Shown here one piece after another: positions 63,440 to 64,000 of a stretch of DNA of 64,000 nucleotides; position 1 is the stretch's first letter; every line of letters starts with the position of its first letter. This stretch comes from Lingula anatina. Lineage: Eukaryota; Animalia; Brachiopoda. The translations under genes were made by a program, and so were the position numbers. Location: NCBI GenBank assembly GCA_051362555.1, contig CM120641.1:21576001-21640000 (forward strand). Direction: 5' to 3'. The notes below the pieces were generated by a model. It was given only the letters and a program-made list of their open reading frames with translations. It had not been told where the DNA came from and made no database searches.

Positions 63440-64000
63440 ATAATGTCTCAACAAAAAATACCCGAGTCTCTCTCGAGAAAGTGTACGACCTTCAATGGGG
63501 GAGGCAATTAAGGAAAGTAGCAAACTGAGAACACATACAAAATTCAAGAAGGATTTTAAGACCGAAAATTATGTGCTGACCTTTGATAAAGCACAGAGGG
63601 CTATGTTTTGTAAACTAAGAATCAGCGCTCACTCACTCCATATCGAGAAGGGGAGGTACAGTAAATCCCCAACCCCGCCCCATCTAAGATTATGTCAAAT
63701 CTGTAATTCCGGAGAGGTTGAAGACGAAGTGCATTTTATTCTGAAATGCGAGGCCTATAAAGAATTACGGGCAACCTTCTTCGAAAATATAAGTTTCCTC
63801 TGTAATACGAATGCCCTTTCTCCCCCGGATATGTTTATACACATCATGAGTACAAAAGAAATGGATGTGATTACGCCCCTCCTCATATTTGTACAGAAAT
63901 GCATGGAGAAGAGAGTAAGTCTTTCTGCGCATGTCCAAACCAGATCATGATACCAGTGCGAGACCCGTTATGCGCTGTCAGCAGAGACTGGGCGTTTAGA
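63440..64000 (+). mobile_element. 5'-truncated non-LTR retrotransposon, 3' end
   Basis: ORF 63495-63950: SSKLRTHTKFK..ENY, LRISAHSLHIEKGRY, RLCQIC..VEDEVHFILKC, a typical C-terminal CCHC region of LINE ORF2; apparent frameshift at its start. Confidence 0.85.

Overview
AT-rich, intron-rich invertebrate animal genomic DNA; the repeat content suggests a lophotrochozoan such as a mollusc (inference). I assembled spliced genes by hand from GT/AG boundaries and reading-frame continuity. In order: SGSM3/RUTBC3 (+, 10177-28900; TBC-SH3-RUN); a secreted beta-rich-domain + Thr-rich protein (+, 33253-34982) that is phase-compatible with the adjacent GPI-anchored Ly6/three-finger quiver-like gene (+, 35557-38048); RBM34 (-); KTI12 (-) head-to-head with DUT (+); ISOC2-like (-) head-to-head with RFK (+); and the last exons of an unidentified minus-strand gene. 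Mobile DNA includes a decayed Tc1, a TA-flanked pogo-like MITE, two copies of a Harbinger-like MITE, several Helentron/HINE-type elements (two carrying 146-bp and 161-bp tandem arrays), a decayed ISL2EU-like element, a tRNA-SINE head and a LINE 3' fragment. The two strongest observations: (1) SGSM3 ends in three tandem, intact, homologous alternative last exons; (2) a probable two-promoter Ly6 gene whose long isoform would join a novel N-terminal domain and mucin-like stalk to a three-finger domain. No database searches were run; family calls rest on recognised motifs.
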